64,000 nucleotides of DNA from a virus (Duplodnaviria > Caudoviricetes). The translations under genes were made by a program, and so were the position numbers. The DNA lies in the IMG/VR virus record IMGVR_UViG_3300045391_005708, positions 1 to 64,000 of that record, one strand, 5' to 3'. The notes below the pieces were generated by a model. That model saw only the letters and a program-made list of their open reading frames with translations. It did not search any database and was not told where the DNA came from. This document shows positions 63,503 to 64,000 of the stretch, piece after piece; position 1 is the first letter of the stretch, and the number at the start of each line of letters is the position of its first letter.

Positions 63503-63801
63503 GCGACGGCCTGGAGGTCGTTGGTGGCCTTGTCCCAGGCGGCGCGGTCCCACGACTCGACCGGCGACAGGCCGACGTGCAGCGTGCCGTCCAGCAGGTA
63601 GGCCCGCCGGAGGTCCGGCACCACGGTCACGAAGAACGTGCCGCCCTCCAGCACCAGGAAGGTCGGATCGCCGCCCCCGCGCGGGTCGTACACGGCCTCC
63701 CACCCCGCGTGGTGGAAGAACGCGGCCCACTTCGCTTCGAGCCTGCTCCTGTACTTGACGCCGCGGTAGCGCACGGTCGTCTCCGCCTGTGGGGTCGGCA
63801 A
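63499..63801 (-). CDS. PD-(D/E)XK-like protein, possibly degenerate
   Basis: YRGVKYRSRLEAKWAAFF..GW..VYDP; PTF where PDF is usual. Confidence 0.55.
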   Translation of the reverse strand: MPTPQAETTVRYRGVKYRSRLEAKWAAFFHHAGWEAVYDPRGGGDPTFLVLEGGTFFVTVVPDLRRAYLLDGTLHVGLSPVESWDRAAWDKATNDLQAVA

Positions 63802-63930
63802 GGCCGGTCATCCTCTCCGAGGTCGTGTCGCCGCGCGTCTCCCGGTCGTCGGGGTCGGCCGCGGGCCGGACCGCCCGATCCTACCGCCGCCGGGCGCCGG
63901 GCGGGGCGGCTTGCTGGTTCCCCCTGCGGG

Positions 63931-63959
63931 TTGCTTCCGCACCCGGCAGGGGGTATGAT
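63931..63959 (+). promoter_or_regulatory. Promoter TTGCTT-17-TATGAT, divergent from GGTAGGAT at 63878-63885
   Basis: Canonical spacing; followed by GAGGAAACCG (63983-63992) and ATG 63993 of a gene that leaves the window. Confidence 0.65.
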
Positions 63960-64000
63960 GGGTCCCGACCGGGCACCACCGAGAGGAAACCGATGACGGA

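Noticed and set aside
1-64000. tRNA, rRNA or IS elements
   Set aside because: No cloverleaf-like, rRNA-like or transposase sequence recognised by eye; tRNAscan-SE or ARAGORN would be needed to exclude tRNAs formally.

Overview
The window is most of the genome of a high-GC tailed (siphovirus-type) actinobacteriophage. A Nocardioides/Propionibacteriales-like host is inferred but not proven. The + arm (1-18720) carries a ParB-like gene, VRR-NUC, a DUF2800 exonuclease, a DUF2815 SSB, a family A DNA polymerase and WhiB. It also holds a sugar-modification cluster (dTDP-glucose 4,6-dehydratase-like enzyme, 3 glycosyltransferases, a 2OG-Fe(II) oxygenase, 2 methyltransferases) interleaved with two peptidases, followed by a class F sortase next to its apparent cell-wall substrate. 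The - arm (63801 to 18914) carries primase-helicase, terminase, portal, giant MuF and cargo proteins (papain-fold toxin, GNAT-like, 2H phosphoesterase, zeta toxin), prohead protease, hexamer/pentamer-type capsid proteins, major tail, a neck-fibre cassette, tail assembly chaperones, tape measure, minor tails, a holin, an EEP hydrolase and several membrane proteins. The arms meet at a 14-bp hairpin at 18729-18760. The most notable observations are: (1) a promoter-driven hairpin RNA at 5624-5679 whose loop is the exact complement of a GAGGAAACCG motif in the ribosome-binding sites of several phage genes; (2) a phage-borne sortase plus substrate; (3) a possible toxin/immunity daisy-chain of head-packaged effectors sharing a short motif; (4) a 22-nt leader element shared by the capsid and protease genes. 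No integrase, tRNA or CRISPR array was seen. All domain calls come from motif recognition by eye, not database searches.
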